Assembly (NCBI RefSeq): GCF_004010195.1
Contig: NC_057711.1
Span: 80,016,566 to 80,080,565 of the forward strand
Direction: 5' to 3'
Length of the DNA: 64,000 nucleotides
From: Chiloscyllium plagiosum
Taxonomy: Eukaryota
Below the pieces are notes generated by a model. That model was not told where the DNA came from and searched no databases. It saw only the letters and a list, made by a program, of their open reading frames with translations. Of the stretch, positions 1 through 11,436 are shown piece by piece (position 1 is the stretch's first letter; every line of letters starts with the position of its first letter). A program made the translations under genes and the position numbers.

Positions 1-214
1 TGCATCACTCCTTATTTGGTGTGCAGACTACAAGTCTGCAATTTTAAACAAAAAGTCTGTAGTTCTTAAAACAAATCTCTTAAAAGAACAAAGGGCAGTA
101 AAGGAGCATCAATTAGAAAAATAAAGGGGAACAGAAACAGAAAAGAGAAAATAAAATGAGAAAGAAGCAAACCCAGTAAAAGAAACAAAGAAATGAACTC
201 TGCTTCTAAAATAA

Positions 215-740
215 CATAAATACCTCCATAAAGAAATGGAAGGCAAACATTTACTTATGGACTAGGTATATAATGAAATCTTCATTGAATTACAAACAAC
301 ATATACAGTTTTGGTTTACAGATCAAGTGATAGATCATCCTGAGAAAAGAACTCTGAAAGTATTGATTATTGTTGGCAATGCTGGGATTTGCAGAAATAA
401 CAAATTTGCAATTTCCATTAATAATCATAAAGTTCCAGAAAGGATTTGGAAAGCTTTTGAAGACCGGTTCAAGGTAAAAAGTAGTTTCAGGATTAATAGA
501 CTTCTACTCATGTCATACAGAAAACAAAGTTAACAGCTGATTGACAAATTAGTCAGCAGGTACCACAGGAAAGAGCATGAATGTGACTTTTTTGAAGAGG
601 AAATACCAGGAAGACTTCAATTAATGATGACCTCTATACCAGTTGAAGCCTTTGGAATGAAAGCTCTTGGGAAAAGAAATGGAGCCCTGCAGTGATGATG
701 GAAGTGTGTATGAAGCAATAATGGATGATCAACAACAAAT
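215..740 (+). mobile_element. Decayed Gypsy/Ty3-type LTR retrotransposon gag region
   Basis: ORF 273-533 (YKQHIQFWFTDQ...KVLIIVGNAG...IWKAFEDRFKVKSSFRINRLLLMSYRKQ) continues in frame past a stop as QLIDKLVSRYHRKEHECDFFEEE...TSIPVEAF, resembling the gag of metazoan Gypsy elements. TGGTGTGCAGA at 17-27 may be a decayed primer-binding site. Confidence 0.6.
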
Positions 741-779
741 AACTGCTTTAGATGACCACATTCATAAGAAGCTATGAGG

Positions 780-2618
780 CATATGCAGGTTGACTGGAAA
801 ATCAGATTGGTAGTGGACCACAAGAAAAGGAATTTGTAGAAGGTCACTGAGATGGCTTTTTGGAGCAACTTGTGGTGGAGCCCACTAGGGAGCAAGCAAT
901 ACTGGATTTGATGTTGTGCAATGAGGTAGACTTGATAAGCGAGCATAAGGTGAAGGATCCCTGAGGAGGCCGTGATCATAATATGATTGAATTTACTCTG
1001 CAATTTGAGAGGGAGAAGATAGAATCAGAGGTAACAGTATGACAGCTGAGAAAAGGCAACTACAGAACCATGACGGAGGAGCTGACCAGAATTGACTGGG
1101 AGGGGAGTTAAGCAGGAAAGACAGTGGAACAACAATGACAGGAGTTTCTGGGAGTAATTCAGGAGACACAGCAAAAATTCATCCCTAAGGAAAAGAAGCA
1201 TACTAAAGAGAGGATGAGCCAACCATGGCTGACTAAGGAAGTCAGGGATAGCATAAAAGTAAAAGAGAAAACATGTAATGTGGTAAAGGGCAGTGAGAAG
1301 TCAGAAGATTGAAAAGCCTACAAAGACAAACAGAGGACAATGAGAAAAGAAGTAAGGAGGGAGAAGATTAAATATGAGGGTAAGCTAACCAGTAATATAA
1401 AAAAATGCAAGAGTTTCTTTTGATATATAAAGGCAAAAGAGAGGCAAAAGTGGACATCGGGCTATTGGAATATGATGCTGGAGGAGTAGTAGTGGGGAAC
1501 AAAGAAATGGCTGAGGAACTGAATAAGTACTTTGTTTCAGTCTTCAAGGTGGAAGACACAAGTAATATCCCAAAAATTGAAGAGAGTCGTGGGGTAGAGG
1601 TGAGTATGGTGGCCATCACCAAGGAGAAGGTGCTAGAAAAACTGAGAGATCTGAACGTGGATAAATCATCTGGACCAGATGGGTGACACCCCAGAGTTCT
1701 GAAGAAGATAGCTGAAGAGATATTGAAGGCATTAATGGTGATCTTTCAGAAAACATTGTAGTCAGGGAGGGTCCCAGAGGACTGGAAAATTGCTAATATA
1801 AGCCCACCCCCCTTTAAGAAGTGAGTAAGGCAAAAGATGGGAAATTACAGGCTGATTAGCCTGACCTTGGTTGTTAGTAAGATTCTGGAGTCCATTGTGA
1901 AATATGAGATTTCTGAATACTTGGAAATGCATGGTAAATTAAGGCAAAGTCAGCATGGTTTCATCATGGGGAGGTCATGCCTGACAAATCTGTTACAATT
2001 CTTTGAAAAGGTAATGAGCAGGTTAGACCAAGGAGAACCAATGGATGTTATCTATCTGGACTTGCAGAAGTCTTTTGATAAAGTGCCTCACTATAAGCTG
2101 CTTAGTAAGACCAGAGCCCATGGTGTTAGAGGCAAAGATGGAACATGGATAGAAGATTGGCAGAAATCAGAAACTGGGGGTAAAAGGGACCTTTTCAGCA
2201 TGGAAACCGGTGACAAGTGCTATTCCACAAAGGTCAGTGTTGGGACCATAAACTTTTACTTTATGCATTAATTATCTAGATGAAGGAACTGAGGGCATTC
2301 TGGCTAAATCTACAGATGATTCGAAGATAAGTGGAGGGGCAGGTCATATTGAAGAAGCAGAGAGGCTGCAAAAGTATTTGGACAGGTTAAGAGAGTGGGT
2401 AAAGAAGTGGCAGATGGAATATAATGTGGGGAAGTATGAGGTCATGCACTTTGGTAGGATGATTAGAGGCACGGACTATTTTCTAAATGGGGAGAAAATT
2501 CAGAAATCTGAAGTGCAAAGGGACCTGGGAGTCCTAGTCCAGGATTCTCTTAAGGTAAACTTGCAGGTTGAATTGCTAGTTAGGAAAGCAAATAAAATGT
2601 TGGCATTTATTTTGAGAG
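780..2618 (+). mobile_element. CR1 LINE ORF2 fragment (endonuclease C-terminus, linker, RT), frameshifted
   Basis: ORFs 1405-1686 (EMAEELNKYFVSVF...DKSSGPDG), 1837-2271 (NYRLISLT...SQHGF...RSCLTNLL.FFE...DVIYLD.QK.FDKVPH) and 2378- (WQMEYNVGKYEVMHFG...QRDLGVLV) carry typical CR1 ORF2 motifs. Confidence 0.95.
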
Positions 2619-3056
2619 GACTAAATGAATATTTTGCATCACTATTTACTGTGGAAAAGGATATGGAAGATATAGACTGTAGGCAAATAGATGGTGACAT
2701 CTTGCAAACAGGATGTACATGTATTTGGAAAGGCAAGGACTGATTCGGGATAGTCACCATGGCTTTGTGCGTGGGAAATCATATCTCACAAACTTGACTG
2801 AGTTTTTTGAAGAAGTAACAAAGAAGATTGATGAGTGCAGAGCAGTAGATGTGATCTATATGAACTTCAGTAAGGCATCCGACAAAGTTCCCCATGGGAG
2901 ACTGATTAGCAAGGTTAGATCTCATGGAATACAGGGAGAACTATGCAAAGGTAGAAGACAGAGGGTGGTGGTGGAGGGTTGTTTTTCAGACTGGAAGCCT
3001 GTGACCAGTGGAGTGCCACAAGGATCGGTGCTGGGCCCTCTAACTTTTGTCATTTT
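2619..3056 (+). mobile_element. Second CR1-subfamily fragment, internally deleted, fused to the previous copy
   Basis: Restarts at LNEYFASLFTVEKD, jumps to YLERQGLIRDSHHGF...TNLTEFFEEVTK, and ends at VTSGVPQGSVLGPL. Confidence 0.9.
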
Positions 3057-3199
3057 AAAGGGAAAGGGGAAAAAAGCAGTTTGTGATCCATGTTGATATC
3101 AATGACATTGATGAAAAGAGAGATGGATCCTCCAAGTCAGAGAGCTAGGAAATAAACTGAAAACCAGGACCTCAAAGATAGTGATCTCAGCACCAAAGG

Positions 3200-3740
3200 T
3201 AAACTAACTGGTTTGTAATTACTTTCTTGAATAAGACCATAATGTTTGCAATCCTCCGGTCTCTTAACAATTCCCTGAAGTCCAGAGAAGACTGAAAGAT
3301 TATGGACAGTGCTCCCACCATTTCTATCCTCACTCCCTTTAAAAACCTTGGATATATTGCATCAGTCATCTTTAACAGCAAGCAATCAATTCAAGACTTC
3401 TTTCTTATTAATTTCAAACATTTCTGGGGCAGATTTTCCTCCACTGTCACTATGGCCTTGACAGCAACCTCTTATCATGTAAAGATAGATACATAATACT
3501 AATTTAATATCTTAGCCATGACCCTTGTTATTGTGTGTAAATTCTTCTTTTTGCTCTCTGATTGACCGTACCTCTCCTTTAACCACCCTTTTACTATTTA
3601 AATGACTATTGAAGTCTTTGGGATTCCCCTTTATGTTAGCTGGTCTTTTCTTGTAAGTCCTCTTTGCTTCATTTATTTGCTTTTACAACTCCCTTCTAAA
3701 TCTTCAGTATTCCTGTTGGTTCTTAATTGTATTTTCCACC
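3200..3740 (-). mobile_element. Old CR1 LINE fragment
   Basis: ORF 3187-3381: IYPRFLKGVRIEMVGALSIIFQSSLD...IANIMVLFKK, the CR1 pre-RT motif. Confidence 0.8.
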
Positions 3741-3789
3741 TTACACATGTTATAAGCACATTTTTTCTGTCTAATGATGATTTCTGTGA

Positions 3790-4640
3790 GGTGTTGAATG
3801 GCTTCCACCTGTACTGTAACAGAAGCTGACACATCAGCTATTGAGTGCTCCATCATGATGGCATCAAATGGCAAGTGTTTCAATGGAATTGGCCACCACT
3901 TCCTCACTGGCAGAATAGGCTCCCAGCTTTGTACAAACCCTTCTGCTGCTTTGGAACTGAATTCTGCATGCTTCTGGGTAATGACAGGACAGTACCTGAC
4001 AAACCAGCAAGCACCTCAGTGTGCATTATTATCAGAGTTGTCCTGTAGGCCTTAAGTCCTCAGCTGGGTCTCCTGTAGCAGGATGTATTTGTGACCTTGC
4101 CCACTGGAGGGTGAGGACGTGCACCAGACCCCTTGGTCTGATGGCAGTACATTCACTTTGAATGGTTCACCACTGGTGATGCCATCTCTAAACTCTAAGC
4201 TATGTGTAGTGTCAGCACTAGCTGTGGCAGTTATCGCTGTCAGTTCAGTTATCAGTGTCCTTTCTCATCACTGGTGTGAATTTGCTCTGTCTGCCTCCTG
4301 AAGCTTTGCCAGAGCAGATAGCTATTTGTGGGCACCTGAAGGAAAAATCAGAAGTAGATGGTTGGAAAATGAGAAGGATTGTAAGAGGACCATGTTCGCA
4401 CCATCTGCAGCGTTCTCACTTGCCAGGTAACATGAATGGCGAGAAGCTGTATACAGAGCAAGATGGGGTCATATTGAATGGTCTTGGTGATCTTGGTGCT
4501 GCAAACTCAGTTGCAGCAGCTGGTGGCATGGGATTGATAATAACCTTTGTCACTGAGTTCAGTGAATGATGGCATGCCTTCCCCCTTGCTGGTTTGTTGT
4601 TGCTGCATTCTGTCATGGGCAATCCTGACCTGAAAGGAAG
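3790..4640 (-). mobile_element. Decayed PIF/Harbinger ORF2 (Myb/SANT-like, NAIF1-related) downstream exons
   Basis: Minus-strand acceptor ccttcctttcag followed by VRIAHDRMQQQQTSKGEG, resembling the 'K.AHNRR...TGGG' segment that follows the trihelix. A second acceptor (tttttccttcag, ~4335) precedes TATASADTTHSLE, similar to the 22486-22728 ORF. Confidence 0.4.
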
Positions 4641-5168
4641 GATGCAGATTGTCAGTGTGTGTGTGATTGACAGTGGTTGAGATTTGCCTGCAATGTCTGA
4701 ATAGTTGGAAGCATGTGAAAGTCAATACTTTCCAAAAGTCTTCCTGGTGTGACCCCATTAGACTTCATGTGACCATGAATCAAAATTTAGCCGTGGATGG
4801 CTGTTAGAAAGCTGTTGAGTGGATTGGGTGGGGGAATGGTAGAGGCACCGGTTATTGAACAGAGGCTGTTAGAGGAAGGTCCAGTTGCTGAGCAGTGTGG
4901 GAGGCTTTGGTTGTTCAGAGCTGTGAGGGGTTTCAGTTGCTGAGCAGTGTGTGTGGTTGAATGCAAGACAGGGTTCCTACAAAATAAAACACATCCCTAT
5001 TCACAAGCCTCTTTCTGCAGCAATTAAACCTCAGTAAACAGTCCATTGGACTACACCCTCTATTAGAATAAAATGTGAGAATATTTAGGGTCTTCACAAC
5101 TATCAGAAATTAGTGCAAGCTCCACAGCAACCATTGTCCCCCAGACCATGTCATGGTCACGAACCATA

Positions 5169-5387
5169 CAGGTAGTTCTTCTATAACGTGATGGCTGCGT
5201 TTTTGTGCAATCCTGCATTATAGAAAAACCACGCTTTAGAAACAGTGCTCAAAGTATTGATGAAGTAATTGCGTTACAGCCAACGATTATTTTAAATGTT
5301 CGTGCTTTAGAAACAGTGTCCCCAATTCATCAATCGCAGTACAGCGAATTCACGTTAACAAAATGCACAATTGAGCAGAATGACCTG
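5169..5387. mobile_element. Tc1/mariner-pogo (Tigger-like) MITE
   Basis: Imperfect terminal inverted repeats caggtagttcttctataac / ttgagcagaatgacctg; TA on the left flank; internal repeated gctttagaaacagtg; no coding capacity. Confidence 0.65.
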
Positions 5388-6002
5388 CACTTCAAGAAGC
5401 TCCATTATAGGTAGTGAACTGTATATGTGAAGGTGAGTATCTTTAGAAGCTATGCAAGGGTTAGGTGGAGCCTGTGAATGTTTGGTTTATGTCCTGAGTG
5501 CCAGGGAGTGTTGCTGCATGTGTAATGGGAGCGTGGTGTTAACAAGCAGTGTGAAAAGTATTTATGAGGACTTGAGATGCATTTATTCACATTATGAATT
5601 TGACATAGTGTGAAGTGAATTTTCTTAGGCTGATAGTTGATCTTCAAAGTCATATCAGTTGTTCTTTATAAATCATTTGGACACAGGAATTGTTGGTGTA
5701 ATATTAATTTTGCAGATGACACTGAATCTCTCAGCCTGTATTGTGTTGCAGGTGAAGTCCAATTACGATAAAAACGGCACTAAAGTGAAAATAAATCATG
5801 GACAATGCTAAATGTAATACTTATTAGCATCCGAGTCCTGGGGTGTCAAAATTGGGTTCGGCTACAAATTCTGAGAACTCAGGCTATTTTGATCCCCATG
5901 CCTAAGCAACACCATGATACCATGCCCAAACCTACTTGGCAAGTGGGCAGGAGAAGTTTCAGATAGTAAGACATTGCTAATCAGGGATCCCCAACAAGTA
6001 TT

Positions 6003-6346
6003 AGAGAATCCCTGCAGTGTACAAGCAGGCCATATGGCCCACTGAGTCCACACCAGCCCTCTGTACAGCATCCCACCCAGATAAAGCCCTTACCCTTTCC
6101 CTGTCACCCTGCATTCTCCATGGCTAATTCACCTAGCCTGCATACCATGGGCAATTTGGCATGGCGAATCCATCTAAACTGCTCCTCTTTGGACCGTGGG
6201 AGGAAACCAAAGCACCCAGAGGCGACCCACACAGACACCGGGAGAAGGTACAAGCTCCACACAGACGGTCAGCTGAGGGTAGAATCGAATGCAGGTCCCT
6301 GGCACTGTGAGGCAGCATTGCTAATCACTGAGCCACCTTGTCACCC
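6003..6346 (-). mobile_element. HE1-family tRNA-derived SINE (diverged)
   Basis: On the minus strand: tRNA-like head (GGTGGCTCAGTGATTAGCA...GCATTCGATTC), core TGTGTGGAGCTTGTACCTTCTCCCGGTGTCTG, CR1-like tail. Confidence 0.9.
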
Positions 6347-7789
6347 AGGTAGTTAAGTGCATTAGAATTATAGAGGTGTTGAGAGGTTGTGTCAAGAGAT
6401 TATTTTCAGAGGAGAGATTGGGAAAACAAGGTTTCCTTGTGAAAGCTTGCTTCTTCTAACTACAAGGACTCTATTAAATGTGTAAAATCAATGTGTTGAG
6501 TGGGCTTCTGCTAGATCTAAAGCCACGTGGTAGGAAACCTTCCTGCACAGGCATTACTCGGCATGGCCTAAAGGACTTGACAGAGCTCCTTAAAAAAATG
6601 TTCAAATAGCAGGTACTAAATTTGTCTGCTAAACTGGGAAATACACACTCTGCCCAACTGTAATCCTTTACATGCCCCATTCCATTAGTATAGGGGTCAA
6701 GGCTAGAGTTCAAATCAGGGCTCAAATGCTGCAGACCTGGAGAAAGTCTATCACTCACACCATTTCACCTTCACAGCTGATGAGATGACAAGATGCTGCC
6801 TCAATGTACAGATACACAGCAATAAAAAAAATTGCAATGACAGACAGCTTTAGCATCTGACATTGCATCTGATCTTATTATACTTTCTTGCTATAAATGG
6901 GAAATATGTTTGCAAAACATTACTGGATTTTGACGGGAAGCCTTTACATGAAAATGCAATCAAAGTCACAGCTTGTGCCAACAGATAAAAGTGAATCATT
7001 TACAGTATTGCACTTTGAGGGGCATGTTATTGTAAGAGTAAACACATTTTAACTCATGAGTCAGCAACTTAAAGCTGACTTATGAAATCGTTCTGTGCGC
7101 AGTTATCTCATTATCTCATTCTCATGGTGCTCAAACCTGCAATACATTCCCTGTAGCTCTGACTCTGATGAAACAAGAGCCACAGTGCTGTGAGGTTTAT
7201 AATTAGTTACAAACACTTTAAATAAAGACGTTAGCGTCTGGTTTCAGAGATACTGCTGCAGGCCTCAGACAACTCAAATTCAGCTTGAAGTGTGTTTTTT
7301 CCTGGCACTTTATCTGATTCTTCCAAATTAATTACATTCATGAATTATTTAACAGGACGGTTAACACATGCCACTGTAAAAGCACAAAAATCTCATTAGC
7401 AGAAAAGCCAATGATCTTACAGTAACAGATTTGCATATCAAGAATAATTCAATGTTCAGAGGGGGAGAAAAAGGAGTCAACACAGGGAAAGGACAACTGA
7501 CAGCATTTCTAGCTCACTACATCATTAGATGTGAGCAAAATTGAATTAGTTACACAGATTTTTTTTTCCCTTGGCCTGGCAGCTATCTCAGCCCTACAAT
7601 GTTGCTTGCTCAGTCAGCTGCCATAACAATCTCTCATCACACAGGAGATTTTGGCCGGAGAATGACAGCTTTTGCTTCTCTCCATTCCTCTGTGGACATG
7701 TTAAACTTCATCTGTGGCCTTCTATTTCACCTCCATTTCGTCTCTGGCTGACTGCATCGTGAATTAGCAAAGCAGGTGTATTTGAACAA

Positions 7790-8450
7790 TGCTGACACTT
7801 TGTCCTTGCTGACCTACAGTCTCATTGCAAAATAACAGCATATTGATCCCAGTGTTTCTGACGACCAGGTCAACATGGAGACTGGGTCGAGTATTGTTCT
7901 CAGTCTATTCATTACAGAAATTGGTGAAGCCAGATAAAATTCTGTCGCATTACTCCAAATATGTAAGGCAGCTTGCAGAGGGGCAAACTGTCAGCTGTGA
8001 TTTATCTTCGGACTCTTTACAGCAAAGTCATCAGCAGATTTATAAAGAATTGCACCAAGAGGATTGTAACACAGCCATTGGGATTCCATGCCAGAATCAT
8101 TTCTCAGTTATACAGGTGTGCCATGGAAGAGCTAAGGCAACAAAGTGATGTTGATACCACTCAAGGGACTAAGTCTTCAGTTACCCATCTGACTGAAGCA
8201 CATGATAAGCTTCATAACCCCATGATTGAGGACTTTGTGCACAAATGCAGCTGGCACTGCCTGTCATTTGTATCATATGCCCTGCAACCCTCAGACAGGG
8301 TACACTGGTATCTCCACTGCCAGGAAATCCTCTCAAGTAGCTTGTATCCACATCTGCTCCAGTTACAATTGGAGCTCCATATAGGAGCTATCCCAAGAGG
8401 CCAGTAGTTATATCCAGAGGCAGATTATGAATGAATTCAATGCTCACAAT
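7790..8450 (+). mobile_element. Highly decayed RTE-like LINE, 3' part of ORF
   Basis: Fragmentary motifs KLSAVIYLRTLYS, LGFHARII..GVPWKS and KCSWHCLSFV resemble the RTE C-terminal 'AVVL.TLLYG / LE.FH.R.LR.ILG..W / R.LRW.GHV' series. Weak, by-eye match. Confidence 0.4.
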
Positions 8451-8572
8451 GTCATATAAAGGCCTGTTAGCAATGTGATTTGCAATTGTGAACTTACCAC
8501 AAGGGCGTGCCTGGGCAGTGTGAACTTGGGCAATGTGAACTCACCGAAGACATGTTGAATCATCTTTGCGAA

Positions 8573-8798
8573 GCCCTAGGAGAAGTGAATGTGACTCTGC
8601 AAAGGATCCATCAAGCTTGATGCCCAGATATTTCCATTGGTCAATCAGTCATGCTCAGGAGAATCAACCTGAGATCAAAAACATCAGATCTCCAGGTCAG
8701 TTGTGCTGAGTATGACAGATTGTCATGCATGGAAGCATCTGATCTGGACACCAAGCTTGATGTCTCCTTTCCAGAGTCACATTCACTTGTCTCAGGGC
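8573..8798. repeat. Long imperfect inverted repeat (fold-back), arms ~105-112 bp, 10-nt loop
   Basis: 8573-8676 aligns to the reverse complement of 8687-8798, e.g. aagtgaatgtgactctgcaaagga vs tcctttccagagtcacattcactt. Confidence 0.9.
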
Positions 8799-8927
8799 TA
8801 TTTTAGTCAATATGTCGACATAAAAGACCGAGTTCTGGATGGCTTTGTCTGTCACTGTCTCATTATCTTTAAAATCTTCTACATCCAATCACACATCACT
8901 ATCTTATCCATGGTCCTTCTCAATAAT

Positions 8928-9215
8928 AACATAAGAAATAGAAGTGTGCCATTCAGCCCCAGTCAATAGGACCCAGCTTCACCAGTTAATAAGATTATGG
9001 CCAATTAAATGTGACCTTAAAGCCAGTTTCCTGCTTGCCCCTCATAATCCTTGACTCTTTTGCCAAATATGCTGTCTAATTCAGCCTAAAATATATTCAG
9101 TGCTTTCCAATTGTGCTTGATGAGGGGAATTCCGAAGTTTAATGACCCCCTGAGAAAGGAAATTCATCTTCAACTCTGTTTGAGAAGCAAAACCCCTTAT
9201 TTCTAAAGTGTGCCC
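8928..9215 (-). mobile_element. CR1 LINE 3' end (decayed)
   Basis: cataagaaatag...gccattcagccc start and ccccttatttctaaagtgtgcccta, as in other CR1 3' ends in the window. Confidence 0.7.
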
Positions 9216-9354
9216 TATACTAAAAGTGACACCTGGCTGGTCAAGGCACTGGGACTGCAGTTTCAGAAAGCCTCAGGTCTGTTCAGTGGTAGCCCTGGCT
9301 GTGACATAGCAGTATGTGGTATCACATCCATTGGGAGTAAGGGATTGTATAAAA

Positions 9355-9558
9355 TCGCCTTTCTAGCTACCTTCATTCCAGTCCCCCCCCCCCCCACCAT
9401 TTATCTCTCAGTCCCCTTCTCCCTCCACATTCCTAATAAAGGGCTTATGCCCGAAGCATTGGCTCTCCTGCTCCTCAGATGCTGCCTGGCCTGCTGTGCT
9501 TTTCTAGTGCCACATCTTTTGAATCTGAATCTCAAGCATCTGCAGTCCTCACTTCCTC
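9355..9558 (+). mobile_element. PLE-derived short terminal repeat with degenerate hammerhead core
   Basis: cattcctaataaagggcttatgcccgaagc...gatgctgcctggcctgctgtgc...gcatctgcagtcctcactt; same family as 24466 and 50311. Confidence 0.8.
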
Positions 9559-9964
9559 CAAGCACAATTCTGTCATAATCTGATAAATAATCAGCCTAAT
9601 CGATGTGCCACAGCTTTCCCAGTGAACAGCTGTCAATTCTTCCCCAAAATCCTGCCCCTGGAAAAATCACTTGGGGGTGGAGACACATTGAGCAATTAGC
9701 ATGTTACCCTCTAAGGTGAATTTGTTAGGCACAATTGCATGGCAGAAACCAACCCATAGTTTCACTATGGATATCTTACAGGGGATAGCTTTGGCTTTGC
9801 CATCTTACAAAATGATTAGTCGCTGTAGTAAAATCTTTGATACATCACAATGTTAGTGCACTGTGTGTTGTGACTTTTAATTGTAAAGTCGAAGAAGCTT
9901 CCTGACATGAATTCCATTTTGTGCTGAATAAGCTAAGCTTCTTGGTTGTAACAGTGTTGAATGT

Positions 9965-10290
9965 TTTAGATTTAGATTAGATTCCCTACAGTGTGGAAAC
10001 AGGCCCTTCGGCCCAACAAGTCCACACCAACCCGCCGAAGCGTAACCCACCCAGACCCATTCTCCTACATTTACCCCTTCACCTAACACTAAGGGCAATT
10101 TAATGTGGCCAATTCATCTGAGCTGCGCCTTTTTGGATTGTGGGAGGAAACCGGAGCACCCGGAGGAAACCCACGCAGACACGGGGAGAATGTGCAAACT
10201 CCACACAGAGAGTCGCCTGAGGCGGGAATTGAACCCGGGTCTCTGGCGCTGCGAGGCAGCAGTGCTAACCACTGTGCCACCGTGCCGCCC
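9965..10290 (-). mobile_element. HE1 SINE, full length, young
   Basis: Minus strand GGGCGGCACGGTGGCACAGTGGTTAGCACTGCTGCCTCGC...GGTTCAATTCCC (A and B boxes), CpGs retained, tail GGGCCGAAGGGCCTGTTTCCACACTGTAGGGAATCTAATCT. Confidence 0.95.
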
Positions 10291-11436
10291 ACTAATTGTA
10301 TCTGAATATAGCAGTTTGTCTCAACTTGGCGAAGGGAAAAAGGTATTTTAATATATGTCTGAATATAATGTAAGGACAAGATAATGCCTAGTCTCTGTGG
10401 CCTCGATACTTGAATTGCTTAAGACTTATTGCTTAAATTCGCAAGTACAGAAATTTGAAGGCTACTGAATTTTCTTTTGTACAGTCCCCACTTTCAGGAA
10501 AGTGAGGGAAAAGTGAGAACTAGAAGGGAAATTGTCAGGAGAAAAATCTACTAATTGAGTAAGGAACCAATAGTCATTGCTGTTGGACTAACAGTCCAAG
10601 TAAATAAGTAAAAGTATTATAATTTTTTAAAAAATCATAATTGTTTTTGATAGAGAATGAACGGTATTTTGACCAGGAGTAAATCCGAAATATATTCCAT
10701 GACCCAAGAGGTTTATAGCTGCTCTGTACCTTAGCTTGGTCTTTGATATTGAACAAAGTTATATTAATCTCATATAAAAAAGAAACAAGCATTTTAAACT
10801 CCCACAGATCTGGTCCAATTCTAGTAGAACACGACACATCCCCACTAAAGTCTAATGTGGCTGATACATTTTTAAACATTGTGCTTTGACAAACAGCTGT
10901 TGTACTTTATTTTTCCTTGCCTTTATGCAGTATCTGATACATTTCAAAGTTATTATAATTTTAATTTATAAGCAAATATTATAAGATTGCTTTATTTGAA
11001 AGTGTCATAAAGATCTTACTATTAGACTTTTCACTTCTTAAATACAAAAAAAACAAACTAATCCTACGATATCCTAGGCAGGTATGCATTTAGAAAATTA
11101 GGATCCAAAATACAGAAGCTATAGGATGTAACGACGTGTATGGGACAGTTAACACTTGATTTGGTAATGAGATTCTAAGACAGATATGCACAAGAGAGCT
11201 TGAGGGCTATGGATGCTAATAGAGGTAGGTTGGGGTAAGTTCAAGGGTGAATTTGAAAACAAAGAAGAGATTAAAAATGAAGATATAATTTGACTAAGAG
11301 CTAATGTGGGCATGTTGGCTGAATGGGATTTAATGCGATTTAAGCCATGGGTGGCAGACATTGGAATAACCTCAAGTTTATGGCGAGTAGAATATGAGGA
11401 AACCTACCAAGTGTGTATGGGATTTCAATGAGAGGT

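Noticed and set aside
4882..4951. 18-bp direct repeat cagttgctgagcagtgtg
   Set aside because: Only two copies in decayed transposon-associated sequence; no further structure.
8000..8040. Minus-strand CTGATGA as a hammerhead core
   Set aside because: No correctly placed GAAA box or stem I; chance heptamer.
9965..10290. tRNA gene
   Set aside because: A and B boxes are present but continue into the HE1 core and a LINE-derived tail, so this is a SINE head. The same applies to the other HE1 and short SINE copies.
10574..10879. 101-aa minus-strand ORF or exon
   Set aside because: AT-rich, no convincing pair of splice sites, no recognisable homology.
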